Of a DNA stretch of 64,000 bases, positions 41,256 through 51,648 are shown in pieces. The DNA comes from Pirellulales bacterium (GTDB lineage: Bacteria > Planctomycetota > Planctomycetia > Pirellulales > JADZDJ01). A program made the translations under genes and the position numbers. Under the pieces are notes generated by a model that searched no databases, was not told the DNA's origin, and saw nothing but the letters and a program-made list of their open reading frames with translations. How positions within the stretch are numbered: position 1 is the stretch's first letter; every line of letters begins with the position of its first letter. The stretch covers positions 128,553-192,552 of the forward strand of contig CAVZDC010000012.1 in NCBI GenBank assembly GCA_963773925.1. Reading direction: 5' to 3'.

Positions 41256-43223
41256 TTGTCTCTCAATCCTGCCCAGCGCGACGCCGTCGAAACTCTAGCT
41301 GGGCCGCTGTTGGTATTGGCCGGCGCGGGCACCGGCAAAACACGAGTCGTTACCCATCGCATCGCCCGTCTGATGCAGCACCGCACTCGGCCCGAGCGGA
41401 TTCTGGCCGTCACCTTCACCAACAAGGCGGCCGGCGAAATGCAGCGAGCGTGCCGCGCAACTGTTGGGCAAACGCCAGAACCCAAACAGCGGCCGGAAAT
41501 CTCCACCTTCCATTCGCTGTGCGTGCGAATTCTGCGGCGGCAAATTCATCACCTGGGCTACCCGCGCCAATTCGCAATCTTCGATCGCGGCGACCAGGAA
41601 GGCATCGCCCGCCAAGTGCTGCGCGAGCTGCGCGTGGCGGGCGAAAAGCTCCGCCCCGGCGATTTGCTGTATTTCATCGGCCGCTGGAAAGCGTCGTGCC
41701 TGCGGCCGGACGACGCCATTACCGCCGCGCAAACCGACAAGGAACATCTCGCCGCCTCCGGCTACCGCCGCTATCAGGATGCCTTGAAAACGGCCGGCGC
41801 GGTCGATTTCGACGATCTGCTGCTGCTGACCGAAGAGCTGTTCGACCGGCTGCCCGACGTGCGCCGCGCGGAAGCCGGCCGCTTCGATCATCTGCTGATC
41901 GACGAATATCAAGACACCAATGCCAGCCAGTATCGGATCGTGAAGGCGCTGGCCGAGGGACATCGCAATTTGTGCGTGGTGGGCGACGACGATCAATCGA
42001 TCTACGGTTGGCGCGGCGCCGAAGTGGAACACATCCTGCGCTTCCAGCACGATTGGCCCGAGGCAAAAGTCGTGCGCCTGGAAGACAACTATCGCTCCAC
42101 CGAATCGATTCTGCGAATTCGCCAATCGGCTGATCGCTTTCAACCGAAATCGCCACGAAAAAGTGTTGCGCGCCGCGCGCCCGGCGGATTGACGCCGACC
42201 ATTTTGCAATGCCAGGACGAAACCGCCGAAGCCGATGAAGTGATCAAGGACATTCAATTGCAGATTCGCCGCGGCCTCCAGCCGCGCGACGTCGCCATTT
42301 TGTGCCGCACCAACGAACAGCCCCGGCCGTTTGAAATGGCGCTGCGGCGCGAAAAACTTCCCTACGTGCTGATCGGCGGCCAATCGTTTTACGATCGCCG
42401 CGAAGTAAAAGATATTTTGGCCTATCTGCGCGTGCTGGATAATCCCGGCGACGAGCCGTCGCTATTGCGGATCATCAACGTGCCGCCGCGCGGCATCGGC
42501 TCCAGCACCGTCAAGGCGCTGCTCCAGCGCGCGGTAGAGCAGGGCACCCCGCTTTGGAATGTCATTTCGTGCGACGCCGCCGAAGCGGTCCAAAAGTTCT
42601 GCGCATTGATCGACGCTTTTCGCCGACCCGCGGCAAGCAAATCGCTCGCCGGCTTAGCAACGGCGCTCATCAATGAGGTGAAATATCAAACCGAGCTGGC
42701 GCGCCAATACCCCGACGCCAACGAACAGCAATCGCGCTGGGCCAGTGTGCAGGACGTGATCAACACGCTGGCGGCCTACGAGAAGCGAGCAAAAAAGCCC
42801 ACGCTCCGCGGCTTTCTTGACGAAGTTGCCCTGGGCCAGCGCGACGAGGCGGCCGACCGCCAGTCGAAACTCGATCGCAACGCCATCGCCCTGATGACGC
42901 TGCATTCTGCCAAGGGCTTGGAATTTCCGCACGTGTATCTGGCTGGCATGGAAGAGGGCCTCTTGCCGCATCAAAAATCGGTCGACGCCGAAAAGCACGG
43001 CGACATGAACGCCATCGACGAAGAGCGGCGTCTATGCTACGTGGGCGTGACCCGCGCCCGCGACCGCCTGACCATGACGCTGGCCCTGTCGCGCATGAAA
43101 TGGGGCAAAAGCCGACAAACGATCCCCAGCCGATTTCTCTACGAGCTCACCGGCCAGGCCGAGAAAACTCAAACCGCCAAACCCACAAAGCACCCTCGCA
43201 AGAAGCAAGTGACTCGCGCTTAA
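41256..43223 (+). CDS. uvrD: UvrD/PcrA/Rep family ATP-dependent DNA helicase (single ORF hiding two compensated frameshift pairs, near 41443/41475 and 42110/42185)
   Basis: AGAGTGKT, FTNKAAGEM, DEYQDTN, GDDDQSIYGWRGA, LMTLHSAKGLEFP, YVGVTRAR. The alternative frame restores the conserved ILEFANRLIAFNRNRHEKVL and ERAAQLLGKRQ segments. Confidence 0.85.
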   Translation: MSLNPAQRDAVETLAGPLLVLAGAGTGKTRVVTHRIARLMQHRTRPERILAVTFTNKAAGEMQRACRATVGQTPEPKQRPEISTFHSLCVRILRRQIHHLGYPRQFAIFDRGDQEGIARQVLRELRVAGEKLRPGDLLYFIGRWKASCLRPDDAITAAQTDKEHLAASGYRRYQDALKTAGAVDFDDLLLLTEELFDRLPDVRRAEAGRFDHLLIDEYQDTNASQYRIVKALAEGHRNLCVVGDDDQSIYGWRGAEVEHILRFQHDWPEAKVVRLEDNYRSTESILRIRQSADRFQPKSPRKSVARRAPGGLTPTILQCQDETAEADEVIKDIQLQIRRGLQPRDVAILCRTNEQPRPFEMALRREKLPYVLIGGQSFYDRREVKDILAYLRVLDNPGDEPSLLRIINVPPRGIGSSTVKALLQRAVEQGTPLWNVISCDAAEAVQKFCALIDAFRRPAASKSLAGLATALINEVKYQTELARQYPDANEQQSRWASVQDVINTLAAYEKRAKKPTLRGFLDEVALGQRDEAADRQSKLDRNAIALMTLHSAKGLEFPHVYLAGMEEGLLPHQKSVDAEKHGDMNAIDEERRLCYVGVTRARDRLTMTLALSRMKWGKSRQTIPSRFLYELTGQAEKTQTAKPTKHPRKKQVTRA

Positions 43224-43247
43224 GCCCAGGGGTTGCAACCCCTGGGC
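43224..43247. repeat. Palindrome GCCCAGGGG-ttgcaa-CCCCTGGGC, copy 1, between convergent uvrD and the PIG-L gene
   Basis: Read directly. The same 9-bp arms recur at 46016..46039. Confidence 0.7.
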
Positions 43248-43266
43248 TCCGCACGAGTATCGTTCG

Positions 43267-44039
43267 TCACCGCGGCGGCTCCGGCGGCGCAGGCTGATCG
43301 CCCGGCTTCTGCCCAAACAGAAAGTGCATCAGGTCGCGCGTGCCGATCAAGCGCGGGCTGGAAAACATCTCGCCTGCGGGAAAACCGGCCGCCGTGCCAA
43401 GTTGGATGGCGAACGCCCTGACCCGCTCTTCGATCTGCTTTTCCGGCTGTGCCCCGAACTGAGTTTTGTAGCAGCGAATTGCTTCCAGCTTGGTTTGCAG
43501 CGTGTCGCCGATTTCGACTACCAGGTTGCCTGCCCCCGGCGGTACGCCAAAAGAGGTGAACGCCAACGTGTAGTACAAATAGGCCGTGATCGGTGTGGAC
43601 CGGCAAATTCTCGAAGTACTGATCCCACTTGGTCAGCCGCGCTGTAGAATACGCCGGCATCGGTAATTTGCATCGCCTGAAAATGGTCGGGCGAGGCCAG
43701 CGGCGTTTTTTCGCCGAAGCCGAGCACCAACCGCGGCCGATAGCGGCGAAACACTTTGGCCAGGGCCACGCGGGCTTCAAACGTATCGAACAGCCGCCGG
43801 TTGGGCAGGCCCAATTGCAGCCGCACTTGCACTCCCAGCTTTGCGGCGGCCGCTTTGGCCTCCGCCGCCCGATGCTCCGGCCCCGGCGAGTGCGGCGTCG
43901 GCTCGCCGTCGGTCAGATCGACGATGCCCACCCGATAGCCCTGCTTGGCGAGCTTGGCCAGCGTGCCGCCGCAGGCAATCTCCACGTCATCCGGATGGGC
44001 CCCAACCGCGATCACGTCGAGTGGCCGTTCGTCGGTCAT
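43267..44039 (-). CDS. PIG-L/LmbE family deacetylase (two frameshifts)
   Basis: ORF 43518..44039 ([21 protein letters not shown]), then ORFs 43220.. and 43267..43578. Confidence 0.75.
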
Positions 44040-44057
44040 AGCTGCTTTCCTAGGTCA

Positions 44058-44144
44058 GAATGACCAATGACCAAGCACCAATGACCAATGCGTTTCATGT
44101 CGTCTCGCCCTATTGGTCAATGGGATTTGGTCATTGGTCATTTG
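44058..44144. repeat. Inverted heptamer arrays: TGACCAA TGACCAA GCACCAA TGACCAA, about 17-nt spacer, TTGGTCA ATGGGAT TTGGTCA TTGGTCA
   Basis: Read directly. The outer 16 nt AATGACCAATGACCAA / TTGGTCATTGGTCATT are perfectly complementary. The right arm contains the cobL stop codon (44138..44140). Confidence 0.8.
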
Positions 44145-45391
44145 CTTACCGTCCCCTTCACCACGCTCAGCAAAAACGTCGGATTCAGCGCATTGAACCG
44201 GATGCGTTCCAATTGATACGTGCCGCGGGCAATATTGACCATCAGCACCTGCACGTCGCTGCCGGCGCGATGCAAGGCTTCGTCCACCGCCGCCAACAGT
44301 TCGATGCTGCCCACGTTGGCCACCAATCGCCCGCCCGGTTTGAGTTGCTTGTAAGCCAATTCCACCAGGCGGGCAATTTCGCGGCCGCTGCCGCCGACAA
44401 AAATGCAATCCGGCGAAGGCAGTTTTTCCCATGCTTCCGGCGCCCGGCCAAGCACCGGCTTCAAATTCTTCACGTGAAAGCGCTCGGCGTTGGCGCGGAT
44501 CAGATCGATATCTTCCGGATCCATCTCGATGGCGTACGCCGTGCCTTCGCTGGCCAACAGCGCCGCCTCGACCGACACCGAGCCGCTGCCGGCGCCAATG
44601 TCCCAAACAACGCTTTTGGGCCCAATGGCCATCTCCGCCAGCGCGATGCTGCGCACTTCGGCCGGCGTCAGCAGCCCGCGCTTGGGCCGCGCCTGCAAAA
44701 ATATCTCGTCCGGATTGCCGAACCGCCGCAGCAGTTGGGCATCGGAGGGCCGATCGGGCGTCGCCTCCCGCCGCACCAATATCATCACATTCAGCGGGGC
44801 AAACTTCTCGCGGGCCAATTCGGCCAGCGAGCCATGGGTCACCCGTTCATCGGGCGAGCCCAAATTCTCGCACACGTAACCAGTGAAGTAATCGATGCGC
44901 TGATCCAATAGTGCCTGGGCCACCGCGGCCGGCGGATGTTGCTCGCTGGTGAATAGCCCCACCGTATCCGCCACGCGAATTTTCTCGATCAGCGAATCCA
45001 ACGAGTGCGTGGCGAGATTCGTGAGAAACGCATCTTCCCAGCTTTCTTTCACTCGCGCGAACGCCAACTGCATGCTGCTGACGTGGGGCAGCACTTCGAA
45101 GCGATCTTTTCCCAGCTTATCGCACAGATATCGCGCTACGCCGTAAAACAGCGGATCGCCGGATGCCAGCACGACGACTTTCTTATCGCCGGCCTTGGAA
45201 ATCTGCTGCACTGCGTCGTCCAAATTCGCGCCCAGCGTGACCCGCTGCTTGCCCGCCGATTTCGGCAGCAACTTCAGCGTGCTGTCGGCCCCCAACAGCA
45301 GATCGGACTCGTCGATCAGCTTGCGGGCCTGCACGGTGATGCCCTCCAGCCCGTCGTCGCCGATGCCAATGATGTGAGTTTTGTTGGCCAC
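44138..45391 (-). CDS. cobL: Precorrin-6Y C5,15-methyltransferase (decarboxylating), CbiE/CbiT fusion
   Basis: Intact ORF: VVVLASGDPLFYG (CbiE) and VVWDIGAGSGSVSVEAA (CbiT SAM-binding site). Confidence 0.8.
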   Translation of the reverse strand: MANKTHIIGIGDDGLEGITVQARKLIDESDLLLGADSTLKLLPKSAGKQRVTLGANLDDAVQQISKAGDKKVVVLASGDPLFYGVARYLCDKLGKDRFEVLPHVSSMQLAFARVKESWEDAFLTNLATHSLDSLIEKIRVADTVGLFTSEQHPPAAVAQALLDQRIDYFTGYVCENLGSPDERVTHGSLAELAREKFAPLNVMILVRREATPDRPSDAQLLRRFGNPDEIFLQARPKRGLLTPAEVRSIALAEMAIGPKSVVWDIGAGSGSVSVEAALLASEGTAYAIEMDPEDIDLIRANAERFHVKNLKPVLGRAPEAWEKLPSPDCIFVGGSGREIARLVELAYKQLKPGGRLVANVGSIELLAAVDEALHRAGSDVQVLMVNIARGTYQLERIRFNALNPTFLLSVVKGTVSK

Positions 45392-45484
45392 GATTCATTC
45401 CCTCTCGCTTTTGGAGAGGGGCAGGGTGAGGGTGCGCCTGTTCGTGGCCCGATTCTACGTCATCGGGCAAGAAACTAAAAGCGC

Positions 45485-45509
45485 AAAAAAACCCCGGCCT
45501 GATCTGGGG
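45485..45509 (-). terminator. Intrinsic terminator after erpA (GC stem, then T7 on the minus strand)
   Basis: Plus strand reads A7-CCCCGG-cctgat-CTGGGG. On the minus strand the stem is followed by TTTTTTT. Confidence 0.6.
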
Positions 45510-45558
45510 CATCCAACGGCCAGGGCTAAACGTGCGATGCTTAATCTACGCGAATCGC

Positions 45559-45891
45559 TTACGCCTGGAACGAACTGCCGCAGCCGCAGCTTTTCGTGGC
45601 GTTGGGGTTTTCGAACGTGAAGCCGCGCTTCTCCAGCCCTTCGTAGAAGTCGACCTTCGTGCCGTCCAGGTACAAGGCGCTTTTCTTATCCACCACCAGG
45701 TTCACGCCGTGGCAATCGTATTTAGAATCGGCCTTTTCGTCGAACTTCTGGTCGAAGCCCAGGCTGTATTGGAAGCCGCTGCAGCCGCCGCCGACCACGC
45801 CCACGCGCAGCACGGTTTCGGGTCCCAGCTTCTGGTCTTCCATGATTTTTTTCACTTCTTGAGCGGCACGTTCGGTGAGGGATACAGCCAT
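45559..45891 (-). CDS. erpA: Iron-sulfur cluster insertion protein, IscA/ErpA family
   Basis: ATG 45891 (AAGGAG upstream): [17 protein letters not shown]...[14 protein letters not shown]...[14 protein letters not shown]. Confidence 0.85.
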   Translation of the reverse strand: MAVSLTERAAQEVKKIMEDQKLGPETVLRVGVVGGGCSGFQYSLGFDQKFDEKADSKYDCHGVNLVVDKKSALYLDGTKVDFYEGLEKRGFTFENPNATKSCGCGSSFQA

Positions 45892-46008
45892 GGCAGGCGA
45901 AGCTCCTTGTACGGGTGGCACGCCCTCAGTCAGCCAAGGGCGTGGAAACAGCGTTACCAATCGAACCACGCAATTATACAACCCGGCGCGCCTGCGGGAA
46001 AAGGCCAT

Positions 46009-46039
46009 AGAAAAAGCCCAGGGGTCGCAGCCCCTGGGC
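46009..46039 (-). terminator. Intrinsic terminator after hdeD; the stem is palindrome copy 2, GCCCAGGGG-tcgcag-CCCCTGGGC, followed by T5 on the minus strand
   Basis: Read directly. Confidence 0.6.
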
Positions 46040-46077
46040 CTGCATTGACGTTCAATAAACACTTGGACAGTTCGATC

Positions 46078-46638
46078 TTACTTCATCGCACTATCAATGT
46101 GCCGCAGCCACTCGCGAACCTGTCCGGCCAGCACCAATTGCATGGCGCCGGCGACAATGGCGTACACTCCGATCAGCCAAATAACCGCCACCAATCCAGC
46201 TACCGGCCACACGATCAAGGCCAACCCGAACAACATCGACAGAACGCCGGACACGATGAACAGCCATTCGCCTTGAATCAGCTTGCGCAGCCGAACGGCA
46301 AACACGATTTCCAGCACGCCGGTCAGCAGCGCTCGCACGCCGATGTACAGCACCAGCACGATGGCCACCACGCCGGGACGAGCCAGCGTAAACACGCCGA
46401 TCAGAATTCCCAACAGGCCGATCAACAGCAGCAGCCACCAATCTTCGAAGGCGTCGCGGCTGGCGATCGAGCCAACCAGTGCGATCGAACCGTCGACGAT
46501 GGCAAAGATGCCGAACACCAACAGCAGAATGTCCGCCACCACCGCCGGCGGCAGCGCCAATACCAACACTCCGAAGACCAATGCCAGGATGCCGCGAATG
46601 ACCAAAAAGCTGGAAATGCGTTTTGTTTTGTCGAACAT
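46078..46638 (-). CDS. hdeD: HdeD/DUF308 family membrane protein
   Basis: Intact ORF with six hydrophobic segments and the repeated G..ALV.G.L pattern. Confidence 0.65.
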   Translation of the reverse strand: MFDKTKRISSFLVIRGILALVFGVLVLALPPAVVADILLLVFGIFAIVDGSIALVGSIASRDAFEDWWLLLLIGLLGILIGVFTLARPGVVAIVLVLYIGVRALLTGVLEIVFAVRLRKLIQGEWLFIVSGVLSMLFGLALIVWPVAGLVAVIWLIGVYAIVAGAMQLVLAGQVREWLRHIDSAMK

Positions 46639-46778
46639 GGGCCAATCCTCACTGGTTCAATGCCGCGCGCGAATTTTGCAGGACGCCATATATATTTAGG
46701 TCATGCCGACGCCCGCGGCAACCAAATTGGCGGCGATTTCGCCAGGAATCGGATCCACCCGCTACACTGCCGGGCAAA

Positions 46779-48150
46779 CTACTTGCCGATGCAAAATCGG
46801 CTGAAAATGCGATCCAATATGTCGTCGGTATAGACGGCCCCGACGATCTTTCCCAACTCCGATCAGCGCCACTCGAAGCTCGGCGACCACCAATTCTTCC
46901 CCCGCCGCGTCGGCAGCCAACTGCCGCGATCGGACCAGTGCCGCCTCGGTCAGCCGCACACTATTGTTGATCCGGACTGCGGTGCCGGCTACAACGCCGC
47001 TTGGGGCGGCACCCAGGACCAAAGCCCGTCCGATCGCGGTTCGCAGCTCCTCCAGCCCTGCTCCCGTGCGGCTGCTGGTCGCAATGGCGGGACGAGTTAG
47101 CGTCGGCCCCTTGGCCGGCAAATCGCATTTCGTCAGCGTCACGATCGTGCTCTTGCAGCCCATTTGCGATTGCTCCCAGTCGTTCAGCGGCCGAGTAATG
47201 TCGAGGCACAGCAACCGCAGCTCGGCACGGTCGTGCTGCGCGGCCGCAGCCGATTGGGCGGCTTCGCCGATCGAATTCTGCTGCGGATCAGGATCGCGGC
47301 CGGCGGTATCGACTAGCTCGATCGCCAAACCACCGACGTCGATTCGAGCCACCAGATAATCGCGAGTGGTGCCCGGCTGGGGTGACACCAGCGCCGCCGA
47401 TCGTCGCACCAGCGCATTGAACAGGCTGCTTTTGCCGACATTGGGCGCGCCGGCCAGCGTTACCCGGGGCGCTTCGCTTGTTTCGCCCCGCGTGGCCAAT
47501 CGGGAAGCAAGTTGCTTCAGTTGCGTGCCGGCAGCAGAAAGCCGCCGGTCCAATTCGTCGGATGAAACAAAACGAATATCCTCTTCGGCGAAATCCAGCC
47601 CCGCTTCTAAATCCGCCAGCAAATCGAGCAGGTCATCCCGGAGTGCCCGCAGCGGATGCGACAATCCGCCCGCCAATTGCGCAAGCGCCGTGTTCAGTTG
47701 GCGGCGGTCGGCCGCATCGACCACGCCCAGCACGGCCTCGGCCTGCGTTAGATCGATTCGGCCGGCCAGAAAAGCGCGGAGCGTGAATTCGCCCGGCTGC
47801 GCCAGGCGCGCGCCGGCGGCGCAGACGCACTCCAGCAACCAATTCAACAGGGGCGGTGAGCCGATCGTGTGAAATTCCGCCAGCGGCTGCCGCGTGTAAC
47901 TGCGCGAAGTCGGCCACAGAAAGAGACCAATGGGGAACGGGGAATGAGGTATGGGGAATGCCGAGCGGCCGCCGATTGCGGTTGCTTCGACCAGCGTCCG
48001 CACCTCAATCGAGCGATCATCCGGCTGGAAACATCGCGCGACGATCTCAGTCACCGCCGGACCGCTCACGCGCACAATGCCGCGCGCCGCGCCGCCGGGA
48101 GCCGAGGCAATGGCCGCGATGGTGTCGTCGAGGGAGAACATAGAGAACAA
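46779..48150 (-). CDS. mnmE: tRNA modification GTPase MnmE (frameshift near 46860)
   Basis: ORF 46762..48150 has DTIAAIASAPG, GAPNVGKSSLFNAL and DTAG. After a slip the canonical C-terminus appears: ELGKIVGAVYTDDILDRIFSRFCIGK-stop at 46779. Confidence 0.85.
47929..47963. repeat. Heptamer array inside mnmE: AATGGGG AACGGGG AATGAGG TATGGGG AATGCCG (plus strand)
   Basis: Read directly. It is translated on the minus strand as ...SAFPIPHSPFPIG.... Confidence 0.5.
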
Positions 48151-48188
48151 GAAGCGGACGTGCTAAACCGCAAGCGGATCGCCGAATT

Positions 48189-50554
48189 CTATCGCCGGCG
48201 TTGCTTCTTCCGTTCGCGCTTTGCGGCGGCCGCGCTGCCGTTGCCTTCCTGCGCCGCTGACGCGGCGGCGGCCAGCTTCGCCCAAAAACCCGATTTCTGC
48301 ACCGCTCCGGGCGGCTTGGCCGCAATCGTCTTCGGCAAAAATTTCTTCTCACCAATGCCCCACAAGCTCGAGGCGATGAAATAAATACACAATCCGCTGG
48401 GCACGGTGAAGAACATGAAAGCGATGAACACCATCATGTACTTCATCATTTTCTGCTGCATCGCGGATTGCTCGTCGGTCGCCGGCGGCATGAACATCTG
48501 CTGCTGCCAGATCATCAAGCCCACCGTGAATAGCGGCAGAATGTTCAAATACGGACCCAGCGAGAGGAATCCGCGATACGCCGTGATAAACTGCGGCATC
48601 ACGCCCGTCCAATTCCAGAGCATGTCGGGGGCCGCCAGATTGGAGCACCAGCGGATGCCCGAACCCAACAGCGGCGCCTGCCGCAGCTCCACGTCGACCA
48701 TCAGCGCCCGATACAGGCCCATGAAAATCGGCAACTGCAAAAACAGCGGCAAGCAGCCCGACATCGGGTTGTAGTTGTGCTTGCGCCACAGTTCCTGCAT
48801 GGCGCGGGTTTTTTCCTCCGCCTTGCCTTTGTATTTTTCGTTGATCCGGTCCATCTCCGGCTTCAGTTCTTGCATCTTTTGAGCCATCATGCGCCTGCTT
48901 CCGCGAGATGGGAAACATGCATGCCCGCACCAACACCGTGAGCAATACGATGGCGATGCCGTAATTGCCCACGATGGAATAAAAGAAGTGCAGCACCTGC
49001 GTCATCAGCCGCGCCACGCCCGCCCAAATCGGCCAGCCATAATAGATGAGCTCGCCCAGGTTGTTCTGCGGATCGCCGTAGTGCGCCAGCAACTGCGGCT
49101 GCTTGGGCCCGGCAAACACTGTGTACGTGTGCTCAAGCGCCGCATTGGGCTCAAGCGTTTGCGTCACGCTCACCAGCCGGCAGGTCACGTCCCCCAGGGT
49201 GCGAAAGCGTTGATCTTGCGGCAGCGCGCCGACCAAAATCGCCTTGATTTGCGCCAACCACGGCGGACGATCGCGGAACGGCTCCGGCAGCAGTGCGCAG
49301 GCGAAGTATTGGGCGTCCACTCCGGCATAGGCCAAAAGTTCGCCGGGATCTTCCGAACGATACGGCGGGTTTAATTTCCCCGCCGCCACTTGCATCGGCG
49401 TGATCAGCGTGGGCTCTTTCCCCTGCAGCATCAGCGCCACGTCGCGCACTCCCACGCCGCCCCACTCCCGCGAAATCCGCGTGGAATACCACCATCCCTC
49501 GGTGGGCAAGCCGGTGGGGCCGTCGAGTTGATAGGCCACTTTTCGCGCCGCTGTGCCGACGTTGCGCAGCTCCACCTCCAACGTAAATTGATAACCTGGG
49601 CTATCCTCGGCCGTTTTGGCAAAGTCGATAGCGTTTGACCGCTTCCAAGCCCAGGTTCGTCAGCGGGCGGGTGAATTCCACCGTGTCGGCATCGACTTGC
49701 TTACCGGTCCAATAGCTCGAACGCAGCCGCACGCCCTGCAGCTCGGCATCGAGTTCCGCGTTGTCTCTCAGCTTTTGATCATCCACCTGCCACAGCGTGA
49801 GCAAGTACGAAAAGGGATCGTGTTCCTCGGGCATGGCAACCTGGATCGACTTGCCGCGACTGATCGGTGTGCCGCTTTCCGGCTGAACCACTTCGCTGGG
49901 GCGCCAGGCGAGCGTGACAGCAACGGTTTGTGATTGGCCCTCGCGGGTGAATGTCAGGTCGATTTTCTGTTCGGGCTTGGTGCCTTTGAGCACTTCTTCA
50001 AGCGCCGCGACAATCGACCACCGCCTGGCCGTTGACGGCAGTGATCACGTCGCCGGCTTTCAAGCCTGCGTTGGCCGCTGGCGTCCCGGGCCCGACCACG
50101 TTCACCTTCACGCCTTGCGGCGCATTTTCGGCGGCCAGATGCCCCAGGTATCCGCTGCGATCTTCGAAATCGCGAAACTTGGGATTGCTGATTTCGATGC
50201 GCTCCACGGCGGCGCCGTGATTGGTCAGCGTCACCATCAGCCGATACGGATTCTTCGCGTCTGGATCGACCGAACCCAACGTAAACCATTGCGGCTGTGC
50301 TTCAGGCGCTCGGCGGCCGCTTGCGCGGGAGCTTTGGAAGGCTGCGCTTCAGGCGGCTTGGCGGCGGCTTGTTCCGGCTTTGCTTCCTCCTGGGCGCCTG
50401 GCTGGCCCGCGGGGCCCGGTTTCTCGGCGGCCTGCTCGTTGGCCTGCTGCCCCGGCGGCACTTTCTCGGCCGGATGCAGCACCGACTGCAACCACAAATT
50501 GCCGATCAAAATCAAGATCGACAGCGCCACGAATAGTACAAAGCGTCGTTCCAC
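48189..50554 (-). CDS. yidC: Membrane protein insertase YidC with enlarged periplasmic domain containing a PDZ domain (at least 4 frameshifts)
   Basis: ORFs 50237.. (MERRFVLFVALSILILIGNLWL), 49998.., 49601.., 48349.. (NYGIAIVLLTVLVRACMFPISRKQ) and 48189..48890 (MQELKPEMDRINEKYK...NPMSGCLPLFLQLPIFMGLY). Confidence 0.8.
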
Positions 50555-50650
50555 AGAAACAGTCCCTCGCCGTCTGTACGCCGAGCAGGTCTAATTAAGT
50601 GAAGTGGCAGGCGAGTCCGTTCGCCGATTGGGCACCGACGACGACGAAGC

Positions 50651-51502
50651 TTATCGGCCCTCCAACAGCCGGTCGCCCAGGAAGTTATCGAGCTCGGGAA
50701 TGTCGTGAATTTTTTGCCGCGTTTTATCCACCGGATATTCCACTCGCCGGAACGCGATCTTTTCGTCCTCCTGCACTACATAACAGCCGCGCGGGTCGCC
50801 GTCGCGCGGCTGCCCGACCGAGCCCACGTTGATCATCGACTTCTCCGGCCCCAACACGTACTGATAGTTGATCTCTTCCGGACTCATGAAATTCATGCTT
50901 TCGGTGAACACGCCCGGCACGTGAGTGTGCCCCTGGAAGCAGCAGCGTTGGATCAGGGCAAAGCTCTTTTCCAACTTCTTCGGGCTGCAGATCGTGTCTT
51001 CCGGAAACACGTATTCATTCAGCGGATTGCGCGGCGAGCCGTGCACGTACAAAAACCCGTCGTCGCGATAGCTGCGAGGCAGCTCGCCGAGAAAATCCCA
51101 CCGCCGCGCGTTATCGGCAGCGTTGCCGCGGGAGTTCTCCAATTGCTGCCGGGTCCAGAAAATCGCCCGTTCCGCGCCGGTGTTGAACCCCTCGGGATCG
51201 AACAGCGCGCCTTGATCGTGATTTCCCAGCAGGCACACCTGGCACTTCATCGCCAGGTCGATGCATTCGCGCGGATTGGGCCCGTAGCCGATAATATCCC
51301 CCAGGCAGAAGATTTCCGTGATCCCCTGCGATCGGATGTCGGCCAGCACTGCCTCAAGAGCCTCGAGGTTGCTGTGAATGTCGCTGATAAGAGCTCGCTT
51401 CACGCGGCACAACCCCGCCAGAGCAGATGCAACTTCCGAATGATTCCCGGCGCCGCCCGCTGGCGACGCATACGCACTGTCATTGTATCCCGACGCAGAC
51501 AA
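50651..51502 (-). CDS. Metallophosphoesterase (calcineurin-like; the true start may be internal, near 51400)
   Basis: Intact ORF with [23 protein letters not shown] and QGHTH. Confidence 0.8.
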   Translation of the reverse strand: MSASGYNDSAYASPAGGAGNHSEVASALAGLCRVKRALISDIHSNLEALEAVLADIRSQGITEIFCLGDIIGYGPNPRECIDLAMKCQVCLLGNHDQGALFDPEGFNTGAERAIFWTRQQLENSRGNAADNARRWDFLGELPRSYRDDGFLYVHGSPRNPLNEYVFPEDTICSPKKLEKSFALIQRCCFQGHTHVPGVFTESMNFMSPEEINYQYVLGPEKSMINVGSVGQPRDGDPRGCYVVQEDEKIAFRRVEYPVDKTRQKIHDIPELDNFLGDRLLEGR

Positions 51503-51648
51503 TCAGGGTAAACTGGCAGTCTAAGGCCCGTGCCGAACCTGGTCAAGCCGTTGTCGGACCGACAGTTGCGTTGCGCTTCAAAGCCGATTCGCGCCGCCGC
51601 CGGACCATCGACCCGGCCTCGCCTCTCGGCCAAAATTAGTTCCTTTTC

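Noticed and set aside
44058-44144. Heptamer arrays as a miniature CRISPR array
   Set aside because: The units are 7 nt and directly abutting, with no spacers. There are no cas genes in the window.
45392-45558. Cobalamin riboswitch upstream of cobL
   Set aside because: Only about 93 nt separate the erpA terminator from the cobL start. That is too short for a B12 element, and I see no B12-box-like sequence. The CCCTCTC/GAGAGGG hairpin at 45400..45420 may simply occlude the ribosome-binding region.
47929-47963. Treating the frameshifted genes as true pseudogenes, or the window as a decaying genome
   Set aside because: Essential genes are affected at the same rate as accessory ones. Compensated frameshift pairs occur within a few dozen bases. 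No premature-stop substitutions are evident. Sequence error fits better (see the frameshift finding).
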